A stretch of 64,000 bases of DNA, from NCBI GenBank assembly GCA_013265495.1, contig MU058384.1:5018792-5082791 (forward strand). Reading direction: 5' to 3'. Both the position numbers and the translations under genes were made by a program. Origin of the DNA: Vicugna vicugna (Eukaryota). Position 1 is the stretch's first letter; each line of letters begins with the position of its first letter. Below the pieces are notes generated by a model. That model had not been told where the DNA came from, ran no database searches, and saw only the letters and a list, made by a program, of their open reading frames with translations. Positions 52,573-64,000 of the stretch are shown here, in pieces.

Positions 52573-54069
52573 AAGATGAGTAGATTTACATTATTAATGT
52601 GTAATCATAATCACAGAACTGCAAAGGACCATAAGAGGATCCTTATACTCACCTATGTCATTTTATAGTTTGGAGTATAGGCCATGCTTTCCTATAATTT
52701 AATTAGAAAACTCTAGAACTTTTCTTAAATGCTGTGTCTAATGTCACAATTACAACCATCCACCCTCTCTTCCTCTCTTCCTTTCTTAATGATTAAAATC
52801 AATTCCTTTATTTCTCTTTAGGAATTATAGAGTGCAGAAGCCACCATAACGTATTTGCCAAAACGCCTGAGTATTTAAGTAGCTGCCAAGAGTACTGGGA
52901 ATTGATGCTGAAATGGATCTGTACAAACTTACTGAAATATCTCTTATCTTGCACTGGTTTTACAGCCCTTCCTTTGTCCTCTTGTCTCCAGCATACTTTT
53001 CCTAGTCACGTCCCCACAACTTACAACCCATAGACCAAACCAGTTGTCTTGTCTGTGTAAAATCCTTTTATTATTCACTCCTCTATGAGTTAGATACTAT
53101 CACTATCTCCACTTTCCAGAAGACAGGCTACAATATAGACATTACCTAAAAGTGTAAAATAAAGAAAACACTTAAGCCATACAAAATTAGCAGCTATTTT
53201 TACATAAAATTTTGTCTTACAGTTACAGTGAACAGCAATGAGAACAAACATTTGGTAGTCAGACACAAACGTGTACAAATTACATTCCAAGCCACTTACA
53301 AATATGAATTGAATTTGTATTATTATTTCTTTCCATTATGGATAATAGAAAGCCAAGTAAACTTTTAATTTATTTCTAGAATTTGATGTAAATTGTCACT
53401 TCAAAAAACATAAACTATAACTGAAGTGTAGTTTGTTCAGTATAATAAGAAGGTTGGTTTTTTACATAGCACCATTCACTTTGTGATCAAAGAAATGACA
53501 TTTAGTAATAGGTTATAGATTTATTCATTAATAACATTTATCAACATTTAAGGTCATTGCTGTGTCTAAGAAGCAAAGCAATATTCAATACTCAGCACGT
53601 TACACATGATTATGTGTTCAGTGAATGCTCAATGAATCCTTCTTTATGATGCTGCTGCTGATCATTTACATGGCTAAGGGCAGATAGCTGTTTACTAGAG
53701 GTATCAATGCAGGATGGAGCACATACATAACATGAACTAGAGGCACAAATGCATGGTGACCTATTGTAGCCAGGTTCTCAACTGAACTAAATCCGTTTAA
53801 AAAGAGTCCTTTTCCCCTTCTAAAGCTCCGGCTAATTCTTATACCAAATGCATTCAAGGTTATTAATGCCTGTTAGTGCCTAGCGTAGGTCCCAAAGACG
53901 AAAAGTTGTATTAAACAAGGTTCCTCCTCTTTCTCAGCACACAGTGAGCTTTTTCACTAGATTATGAGAAATCAGATTTGGAAAATAATCTGGAACGGAG
54001 GTAGAGGTCAAGGATCCCTACTCGTAATATTTGCCCCAAACCAACAAACTATAAATAGCTTGATTCCGC

Positions 54070-54800
54070 TACTTCGAAAGCCCCGTCAGTCAACCTGTTC
54101 GTGGGCAGGGCCAAGCCGAAACGTACCCACCCATGAGCATGATTGCGCATGCGTCCTCAGGGAGGCGGATGACCCTGAGATGATGTTGTATGACCCTGAG
54201 AGGTTGCCGTACTCAGATAAGACGTCGCTCATGCGCAGGAGCTCAGCGCCGAGGCCTGCCGGAAGCCAAGATGGCGTATAGGTGTTCTCCAGGCCGCAGT
54301 TGGCGCCTTATCAATATCTGAGCGGGTATTTTGTAAGGGGCCGTGCCGAACGCCCTTTCCGCCGTAATGGCCCGGCATCGGAATGTCCGAGGCTATAACT
54401 ACGATGAAGGTAGGTGTCAGGGTCGTTCCGGGACGTCATTTTCACCGTTCCAGCCGGGATCGCAGCGGTTTGGCACCCACTTCGATATGTTAGTTTCTCG
54501 TCAGTCGTGCCAGGCTGGAGTTCAGAGGAGGCTCATCTGGAGAAAATAACAGGACGTTTGGGTACTAGCTAATGGCGTTAACTCGTAATTTTTACCCTCT
54601 AGGATTGATTTTATTTAGGGCAGGGGAGGTGCTGCAGGACGTCATATGGGAAGGACGTTTGACGAGGTTGGGATCCGGTGATACTTACGCACGTAAGCAT
54701 ATCACCTCTCCCATTGTTTTCTCCCAGGTCGGCTACACACTTTCCTAATTCGAGCTTCGCTCCTCTCCTCGACCCGCCTTTTAAAAATGCCCGTGAAGCG
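54070..54800 (+). promoter_or_regulatory. HBS1L: HBS1L CpG-island promoter / exon 1 region
   Basis: Only strongly CpG-dense stretch in the window. NRF1-type TGCGCATGCG 54144-54153, AGATAA 54215-54220, ETS/GABP CCGGAAG 54259-54265, YY1 CAAGATGGCG 54267-54276, TTATCA 54308-54313. Confidence 0.9.
54367..54409 (+). CDS. HBS1L: HBS1-like translational GTPase, coding exon 1 (MARHRNVRGYNYDE + 1 nt)
   Basis: ATG at 54367 in good Kozak context (G at -3, G at +4) inside a CpG island. The peptide matches the known HBS1L N-terminus. Ends at the donor GAAG|gtaggt, phase 1. Confidence 0.97.
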
Positions 54801-56689
54801 TTCTTATTTGTAAAACACGGATTGCCTTAAAGCTTACATTCAGCTGTTTTGATGTAACTTTAGATTTACATGGTAAATCTTGTGTGTTTGTTCATACATA
54901 TTTAGTGCAAAACCTGGCTTGAGTTGGCTGCTTTATTTTCTATACTTTTAAAGTTAAATTGGAAACTTAGGCGATGGTAGAAAAGATACATATTAAAAAG
55001 ACCCCAAAAGTAAGTTGATTATATGATCTTGAGGTGAATACTCAGTTCTTGGTTGATCATGCTCAACATAAATGTATTTTTTGGGGAAAAAAAGCAGTAT
55101 TGGAAAAAAGTGGGTTTCGAAAAGGACTTACTGAATTTAAAGATGATATAAAAGAAAAAAATGTGAATGTTGTCTAGTTTACATTTAGACCAAGCACAAC
55201 ATCTCTATGCAGTGGTTACTTATAGGCATCAATCACCAAGCATCATACAAACTAAAACTATAAACAAATGTGAATGAGTGCAGAAGTATAAAGACCTGTC
55301 ACTATCACTTTGTAAAGTATAGAGCATGAAGCTTGTTTATTATATTGGTGGTTGTTATTGGCACTCCCAGCAGATTATTCTACAACATCAGTATGCTGTA
55401 ATCATAGTGGAGGGCAGCTAACACCTTTTGCTACATTTAGTGAGTGTGATCCAGTCAGCCTGGCACATGTTAGGTTCCTGGTGTTGCCTTCAGAATGGAG
55501 AACTTTTTAAATATTGCAGTGGATGTTGGTATTGCATGTGGATCACTATTACCAGAGTAATAACTTTAGCCTGGGAGATATTTTTGCGAATATGATGTAA
55601 AAGACATGAGTGGGCCAAATTACTGCTTATTCACTTCTTCAATACAAATTTATCATTTCATCGATCAACATCAATTGAGTGCTTAGAGAACTGTTTGAGC
55701 TTTGGGGACCAACAGTGAGGGGTTTGAGGGAGTCTAAAGATGGAGATACACAGTAGCAGAAGATGATGAAATGCTACCAAAAGTGCTCACAAAGTGCTAT
55801 GAGAGCTACTTAAGTGAGGACACTGTTCAGAATGAGTTTAAGCAGGATTTCTATGTAAAGGAAGGCATCCTGAAGAAGAGGTGCTTGGCTTGATGGAGTA
55901 AGTACTAAATATCTTCTCACCTTGGCAACTCCAATCAGGTTGTCAGGGTGTCAAGTTTCTTTGGAATAGCTGATGACATCATAACCAGGCTGTTTCTATA
56001 GCATAAGTTCATCCCCTATTCTTGCTTATATGGGTTCTACTTATTTTAAGTGTCCAGTTTATTTCTCTTCTTCCTAGTTAAACTTTCCTTTTTCTCAGAT
56101 AATAATTTAAAAATTCCCAAAAGAAGTATAACTACATTTCAGAGATTTAGCGCTCCGCAACCTATTGGTTCCTTCTCTTAACTCTCATTTTGTTCTTCTC
56201 TGTAATTTGGGTAGTATTTTACATGACTATTTTACCTGCTAATTAATAAAAGTGCGAGGAGGGCAAAGCCCATACTTAATTTTTTTATTTTTTCCAGTAG
56301 CCAGCACAATGCTTTCTGTACAGTAAATACCCCAAATATTATGGGGGAAAAGAACTGCTTTACAAAAATCCCAGGAAAGAATTCTCTTTATCTTTTGATA
56401 TTGTGGCACTTTTAGGGTCAATTTTAGTATTGAAAAACTGACCTAGTATGAAAATTCCTGTTGCTTTTAATGTCTAAATACATTTTTTTTTTGTGAATGG
56501 TGTCTCTTTTGTTTGCTAATACATTTTTATTAACTCGGGATTGAGCATTAATTTATTGAATGTTACACATTTTTATCCAATAGTAGCATGTATCTAATTT
56601 TTCTTTGCCGTAAATATTTGATTTCAGCCTTTGAACATGCTGTTTCTGCTACTGCTACATGAATACCCTCAGAAATCAGTGAACTATCC

Positions 56690-57350
56690 TTTGGAATTGG
56701 TTTAAATATTATATTCCTGGGTATCTTTCCCTAGCCACCCCACTCTTAATTCTGTTTTTGTTGTTTGTATGTGTGTTCCCTAGTCATTCTGTATTTCTCC
56801 TGTCTCAAGCACTTGTCGTATGCTTTTGTTATTGCCCATTTTCTTGTCTGTGTTCCGTGTTAGATTTTAGGTTTGTAGAGATCTAGGAATATGCCTGTCA
56901 CTCAGTCTTGTACCCCAAATGTCTTTTATAGTCCCTGGCATAGTCTTAGTATTTGTTGAATGAATAAAATGCATTTATGTAAACATACTTATATTCCTTG
57001 TGGATTTTTAGTTGTAGTTTGTTTGATTCATTAACTTACAGTAAAATAAATATTGATTTATGCCAAACATGTGTCAGGTAGTTGGCTAGACAGTCTTGCC
57101 CTGAAGGAGCTTATAGTCTCATGGAGTCAACCAGCTCTGGTGATTTGAAGACATTCAGTTGCAGGAATTGTGCTGGGGAGTTAAAGTGGCAGTGAGGCTG
57201 CTGCTGTACCCCGAGGCGTCAGGGAAGGCTTCTGCAAATAGATAACGTTCTGTGCTGAAACCTTAACCAGGAGAAGGAAACAGCCTTAGGAAAATCTAGA
57301 CACAGAGGATATTCTAGTCAGTAGGAAAAAAGGCCAATTAGCTAGAGTGA
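56690..57350. mobile_element. L2 remnants in HBS1L intron 1
   Basis: cctggcatagtcttagtatttgttgaatgaataaa (L2 3' end); ttgccctgaaggagcttatagtct. Confidence 0.5.
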
Positions 57351-57829
57351 GGGAAGTTTAGGATAAGCTGGTTTTTGTACATTACCTAGCTCTACATGAA
57401 GAAAAACTGCTTTCATGGTCTAATTGTATACCCTCCACTAGTCAGTTGTATAGAAAATAAGTGCTTTGGTTATAGAAGGCACTTGGTGAAAAAAAATGGG
57501 TGGATGGCTTATTTCAGATTTTTGTCAATCCTGGAAAGACAAGCACTTGGTCTATAGGATTATTCTATGATCACATGAAGTAAAAACTTGGAAAAACTTC
57601 ATAAAACTCAATTAGCTTAAAAACCTAAGAACATGTATATCTTTATAGAAAGTCAGTGCATATCAATTTTGTGTAGAATTTTTAGAATTTTTTTGAAAAG
57701 TGGACATTCCAAGTTCCTTTCATTTAGATGAACAGTTTATTTTGGAGAGAATTCAGAAGCTTCCTCATTAATAACTGAGAATATGAAAAGAACTTGTAAA
57801 TGAATGTATCTCTTGTATTTTTATTTTAG

Positions 57830-57895
57830 ATTTTGAAGATGATGATTTCTATGGCCAGTCTGTAGAGGATGATTATTGTATTTCGCCATCAACAG
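57830..57895 (+). CDS. HBS1L: HBS1L coding exon 2 (66 nt; [22 protein letters not shown])
   Basis: T-rich acceptor ttattttag|, donor CAG|gtaaat. In frame with exon 1 (phase 1 to phase 1) and continues the recognisable HBS1L N-terminal sequence. Exon 3 was not found in the window. Confidence 0.97.
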
Positions 57896-60800
57896 GTAAA
57901 TTTTTAAAAATAATTTGATTTTATTTGGGGATTTAAAGATGTTAAGTGTTATTGTCATTCTAGGAGTGTTCCAGAAGGCTATAATATTATGTACTATTTA
58001 GAAAGATTCTTATATGTTAACTTTTAAAGGTATGTAAAATAATTTCCTTACTTATGAATAGAATGTACAGTTTTAATTCCATCATTTAGCTTTAAACAAT
58101 TTGAAGAAAAGTCTAAAAGCTATGGTTTTCCAATATTTTTTGCAGCATGCAGTTAATCTAAGTTGAGTCAAATGGTAATTTAGTCAGTAATGAAAATCTA
58201 AAACTTTTGAAGACAGACAGCAGTTAATTTTTTGTCCCCCTGAATTTCTTGGATATTGGAAACATTGAAGTATTATGCATAGACTTCCCTTCATACAGTA
58301 CTTTAGTTTATCTACTGTTAAACAGTTTGGTAAATAAATGAAATACATGCAGTTCAGACTTCTGATGGAGCTGCAGAGTAATTTAGAGTTCAAATTCCTG
58401 TAGGATTCCGTATTAGAGCTGCATCTTCTGTCTCATCTACTGAATGATATCTTCTTTGTCATCATATCAAGAAAACATTCCTGTATTCTTTACAGCAAAA
58501 AACAGAGTCTTTGACCCAGATCTTCCTCTCATTTCCCTAACAATACATTTGTCTTCAAATTTTAGCGTATTCTATAAACAGTTAGTTAAAATGCTCTGCT
58601 AAGTTTTACTATGCCTTAAAAACAGGTGCAGTTAGATATAGTTGTCTACAAAATAAATATAATTCATGAAACTCATTTCCACAAGTTTAAAGGTTCAGTG
58701 TAGTAATTTAAATTTCCATCAAAGTCTGCTTTGTCTGTAATACATTATGGTCCGCTGAGCTGTGCTGTATACTTACACCTGCTTTAAGCCTCCTCTTAAT
58801 CTTTGCAGACCACATATGTCCCTTCTGACTTTTTAGAATTTCTTTTTCTTTCTAAAGGCATAGGTAGGTGCTCTAGGAGTTGTCTTAGCACCTCTACTCC
58901 TCCTGTCATCTTTTTTCCTGTTACTTATTACTCTGAAATGCATCTGGTTCTTTATGTGGACTTCCCTCATTTAGCCTAACTAATCAGGGCCTTCCCTCTC
59001 TTCCTTTAATGTTACATTGTTATCATTTACCATCCCAGGTTCCTAGGGGAACAGGTAGACAAAGTTGAATGCAACCTTTCGGAACCTTGTGGAGGCGCTC
59101 CTTGGAGCTGGGACTTAGACCTGTGACGAGAGGGTTCTGCTTTGTTGCTATGCCGTTGAAGTTCAGAGGAGGGACTGTGGAGTTGGGGCTCAGACCTCTG
59201 AAAAAGAGGACGCTGCATGGCTGGTTCTGGTGTTTCTGAAGAGATACTGAAGTTGGGATTCAGCCTTTTGAAGAGGGAATTCTAGCTAACTGGATGGTCA
59301 TGGTTGAAGCTGGTTCTGGAAGTTTTGGAAAAACTGCAAACTGATATTCATTGCTGTTACTGGTACAGACGATTTATACAAGGTGAAGTGTTGTGGAGGT
59401 GATGGTAACCAGTCAGGAAGCAAAAGGTAAAGGAACATGTGTGTTCCTCTTCCGGCCTTCCAGTCTCCCTTTAGCATCTTCCTGGTGGCTGATCCTAAAA
59501 GGGAGCCAGCTGTCAAAGAAGAAATATGCTTTGCAGAGACTTCAACCCCAGCATTGCAAAGCAGAGAAAGGAAGGCTGGGTTAGAAGCTGAGGGGTGGCT
59601 CACTCAGCATTCCTTTAAAGCTCGTTACTCAGAGATTCAAAAAGACCGTATTTTGTAGGGATTGGGGTTTTTCCCAAGGAACCTTCCATGCACTTGTCAT
59701 TTGTAGCATGTTAAAAAAAAATTAAGGGTTAACCTTTTTGGGCTCCTGTAATTCATCATCATCAATTGACTAGGGGACAAAGTGATGTCTGGTAGCACTA
59801 ACTTCATCACTTGTATTGTAAGTGCAGTAGAGAGCATGGCCTGTTTATGAAACTGAAAAGATGATGTGGGTGTAATAATTAGGTTTGAATTTAAAAAATG
59901 TCTTATACATAGCAGAGACTGGATTGAAGGTAGTACATAAGTGGATGTATATAGATTAGGAGACTATTTTAATGATCTAGAGGAGATGAGGATATTTCAG
60001 GACTTTTCAAAATGTGGTCCATGTATCATTTGCATCACTTTAGAATTTATTAGAAAAGTAATTCTTGGCCCCACCCCAGAGTTAAAAACTCTGAGGGTGG
60101 GTCACAGCTCCACCAGGGTATTGCTGATGTTTCCTTTGAGAACTGTTTGTTTAGGACAGGGGTGATAGCACTGGATTTGAAAATAGATTCAAGAGATGAT
60201 TACAGGAGCTAAAGTCTACTGGACTTGGAAGTTGGTTAACTGTGGCCTGTACAAGGAAACCTTCATAGAGAGAGGGACAACTGAAAGACATTTTAATGTT
60301 GCTGGTTAATGCATTCATTTATCTAGGCTTATCTAAATAAATCAAGCTGAATCTTGAGTAATGAGCTAAGGGTACACAAAGTCAGGCATTCTGAAGGTGT
60401 TTTTCTGAAATTAGCTTTTATGGCCTACCTTCCTTAAGGTCATAGTTTATCCCTTGTCTCTCACATATCTTGATGTGTGTTGTGTGTGATTCATATTTAG
60501 GACAGTCTGACTCTGAGAATTACCTTTGTACACACCAGGAAGTCAACCCACTTTATCAAAGCAGGAATTAGTTTAATGGTTTTGAGTTTCTTCTGTGACA
60601 AACTTGTATTTTTAACGAAAGCATGTGGTTTTAGATTTTTAAATTTTTCCAAAACATGTATAAAGAAGCAGTCACATCAGATCAGAAACTTACTTCTCCT
60701 CTTTAGTGGTATATTTTTCCAAGTGATGTTCAATTAAAAACTGAATAGTTTTAGAAGGATACTTTCTGTTCTTAAAGAAGCAGCAAATGTCATTGAAGAG

Positions 60801-61094
60801 TTGTGTTATATTCATGGTCTAATGAATTCTGGTAGTTGAGTAACTTTATCAGCTAATAGGAATTTCTCTCTAAAATTCACTATGTATGTTTTTGAAACTC
60901 TAGTAAGCACAATTTTCCTGGTGGAAAGGTGATTCCTAATGTTATAGCTTTTTTTTTTTTTCCCCTTTAGAAACATTAACTTTGGTACTGAGTATTGAAT
61001 ATACATTAGGGAGCTGGGGGTAGCAAAAAGAGCCTATGTATAAAACTTTATTTAAACAGTTATAAATTTTGTTTTAACTAATTTAATTAGAAGT

Positions 61095-61421
61095 TTTCAA
61101 AGATAAACTGAGGCATATTGAATTTTTAAGAGTTTATCTGAGCAAACATCAGTTTGAATCAGGCAGCTCCAAACTGGAAGTGGTTAGGAGTACTCCACTG
61201 ACAGGAGCTGGGGCAAGGTTTTTATAGAGAAGACATGAAGCAAGGCACGGAAATTATTTGATTGGCTATAGCTTAAACTGTTACATTATTTGGAAGAGCC
61301 CAGGTGGCTTTTTGTGATTGGTTGTTCTTAACTCTGAGGAATTTATAGAAATTGACTCTGAGTTGGCTTTCCCCTTGCTTCCACTTCAGTCTAATGGCCT
61401 CCTTGTATGATTACTTAAGCA
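61095..61421. mobile_element. Probable ERV solo LTR in HBS1L intron 2
   Basis: LTR-like composition (ttttatag and gattggct, i.e. TATA/CCAAT on the minus strand) with short aagt flanks. Family not identified. Confidence 0.5.
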
Positions 61422-63083
61422 AAAGTTATCCTTATTCAGTCCATTCCAACTCAGAACCTTTATTCAGCATCAGTTAACACGTTGGAAAAACCCTATTGTA
61501 ACTAAGTTATAAATGAATTTGTGATAAGGCAGCTTGTTAAAAGTTCCATTTAAACAACAGTATGGAACAGTATTGGGGGGGGTAGAGGGATAGTCCTGCC
61601 TGAAGAAGTCTGGAAAGTCTTCTGGAAGGAGATAGGATTGGGACTGGTACATCTGGGAATGAGAATGGCCTCCTAGCTGGAGGAAACAGTGCTTGAGCAG
61701 TCGTGTCTAAGTGAGGTGTCTTTAGGAAGATTCACATGATTGATGCAGTTGCACCAGGAAAGAGGGCTAGGAAAGGAAATAAGAATCAAACTGTGGAAGG
61801 CAGTTTTTAATTTTCAGTGTGTAGTGTCAGCTTACTGTCAGCTTACTTGAGTAAGGGGGTAGTATTTTAGGAAGGTAACTGATGATGGTATACAAAGTGG
61901 ACTACAGCTGGGGCAGACGAAAGAGGAGACTTGTAGGCTACTGTTTCCTACCTTAACTGACGATACGATGCCCATCAGTTGGGAGTGATTGTAATAATAC
62001 AGATTCCCTGCCCCATTCTAGCACCACGTGACCAGAATCTCTAGGCAAAGAAGTCTAGAAACCCGTATCTTTGAGTGTCTCACATGATTTTTATTTTAAG
62101 ATGTTTAGGAAGTAATATTAGGCAGTTTCAAGAGTCAGGTTTTGAATTCTCTGAATTTTTATGTTTGTCAGAATGCTTTAAATTTTGAAAGTCACTCTGG
62201 GTGTCCAGTTTTTCAGAGAGCGTTTCCATCAAAATTTATGATTTAGATTTTTAGGAAAAAAGAGCATTTTATATTTATCCTTCTCCCCATTGCTTTTCTT
62301 GCACTCTTTTGATCGTATTTGTGGCCTTTTGGGCTCTCATTTCACCTTCAAAGATCTGGACTATTTCTTTTTTCCCCAGTAGTGATTTTCCCTGGGGAAG
62401 TTTTCTATCCACCCTCCCTCCCCGCTCTCTGGCAAATCCAGCCATTATTTACTTCCAAAACAGTGGTCACAGTACAGGTTTCTGAGTTGGATTTGTGTGT
62501 GGGACGGGGTAGAAAAAGCCCCCAGGAAGAGTGGGTATTTGAATATAAAGTGAAATCCTGGACTTTGAGAACTTCCTTTTCTCTGTTAATATTTTTTCAG
62601 TGAAAATCGTTGGCAGAAGTATGTGATTTCTTGCCTTACTTAATTTTTGATATGTCTTAGGTTTTTCCTCAGAGTTCAGAGCTGTAAGTTGGGGAAAGTA
62701 TATTTGTTGCTTTTAGGCTAAACTGAATGGTTTATTACCGCAGGACAGTGACTTGAAAATCATCAGGCACTAGTTGATGAAAATGGCCCTGTTTACAATT
62801 TTTAGTACTACCACATTTTATTGTATCTAAGATGCCATGGTTGTAAGACATATTATTTTATATACCACTTAAAAAAATCAGCTGTCAGTCTGAATATTAC
62901 ATAATACTAAGATGCCATTTGATTGTAAGACTTGTCCCTCATTCTGCGAAAAAATGAAATGGAAAAAGTGGTCATCTTAGAAAATCTGTGAAATCGAATG
63001 TTTTTCCTGCTGTTTAACCATTGCTGATTTTATAATGGCAGTATTATATTTTTCTTGCTTGAGGAGGGGGAGGGAATAGGGAG

Positions 63084-63125
<42 letters not shown>

Positions 63126-63147
63126 TTATACATACACACACACACAG
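63084..63147. repeat. (TA)/(TG)/(CA) compound microsatellite
   Basis: Directly visible. Confidence 0.95.
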
Positions 63148-64000
63148 CATAATATGTCATTCTTGAAAAACCTGTGACCTTCAAAATTGTGTACTAAAAA
63201 ATAACAAAACCTCTGGGAAAAAATAGGATCATGACAGACCACTCAGCCTATAAAGTACTTAAAAAAAAACAATAATCATCTAATAAAATGCTTGCACATT
63301 TAGAAAGTTACATTAACTTCCTAATAAAGATATATTCCAGTAAACATAGGACTTTACATTTAACAAAACAGGTGAAAGCTTGATAGAGGTGTAAGGAAGA
63401 GTTGAAACCAATGAGTGATGTTGCAAAGACAAAATGCTCACAGGTCTTGGAGAGTCAAGCAAGAAGCATGCACAAAACAGCACATGAAGCTGAACTTAGC
63501 CAAGAGGAAGAATGTGGGACTGGCTGGCATTACAGGACAATTGCAGTTACAGTATAATGTTCTGTCGTTGGTGTTATTGGACTTTGCAGCTATTATTTGA
63601 TGATGTGAAGTATTAAAGTGTTGGGGGAAAAAAAATCTCATCACTCAAAGCAACTTGAATGCTATACCCTCATCATTCCCCTGTTGATTATTTGGTAGAA
63701 ACTAGTTTGTGTTAAGGAAACATGCATTATAGCAGAATAGAATGGATTCTCTCAACTGCTTTGTGTTTCTCTTATTCTGTTCCCCTGGGTCAAGATATTT
63801 CCTACCTCTTCTTCAGTTTTTCTGATGTTCTTGCCTTCCTAATTATAACTGCTCCAATCTTTAGTAATTACTTAAATCTTCTGTGCTTCTGCAGTGCTTG
63901 TCATCTGTGTTACTCATTTGACTTTTTAGAATATATCATTACATTTTCTTTTTTTTTTACCTTCCCTGCTAATCTGTAAGGCCATCAGTGATTTATACTA

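Noticed and set aside
53964..54281. 105-aa ORF over the promoter
   Set aside because: Expected by chance in GC-rich CpG-island sequence; no recognisable homology.
54343..54549. 68-aa ORF containing MARHRNVRGYNYDE
   Set aside because: Only 54367-54409 is coding. The ORF starts at a non-ATG codon and reads through the splice donor into intron 1.
59000..59660. ORF cluster in intron 2
   Set aside because: Looks like a degraded LTR-type relic; no exon boundaries compatible with HBS1L and the family could not be identified.
57896..64000. HBS1L exon 3
   Set aside because: No segment encoding the expected continuation (AQFIYSR...) was found; presumably beyond the window.
1..64000. MYB exons, CRISPR arrays, operons, rRNA or other prokaryote-type systems
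   Set aside because: None seen; the sequence is mammalian intergenic and intronic DNA.

Overview
AT-rich, repeat-dense mammalian genomic DNA, very probably camelid (two Vic-1-like tRNA-derived SINEs; inference). The only recognisable gene is the 5' end of HBS1L on the + strand: CpG-island promoter at ~54.1-54.8 kb, coding exon 1 (54367-54409) and exon 2 (57830-57895), which splice to [36 protein letters not shown]. By conserved mammalian synteny, the ~54 kb upstream is the HBS1L-MYB intergenic region (MYB lies beyond the left edge), which in human and mouse carries the distal haematopoietic MYB enhancers and the HMIP HbF/red-cell QTL. Highlights: (1) a distal TATA/Inr-driven candidate alternative first exon at ~15420-15545 with a strong-Kozak ATG and a phase-1 donor that would splice in frame to exon 2, giving a basic/hydrophobic 29-aa alternative N-terminus; (2) a GATA-RUNX-GATA-like-E-box core at 21631-21666 resembling the human -84 kb MYB enhancer; (3) further GATA and RUNX/E-box clusters; (4) a 27-bp apparent templated insertion; (5) a candidate uORF in the HBS1L leader. 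The rest is L1, L2, MIR, MaLR/ERV LTR and DNA-transposon relics plus microsatellites. Nearly all ORFs in the supplied track are chance ORFs or L1 ORF2 remnants. Repeat subfamily names and human comparisons are from memory and were not searched.
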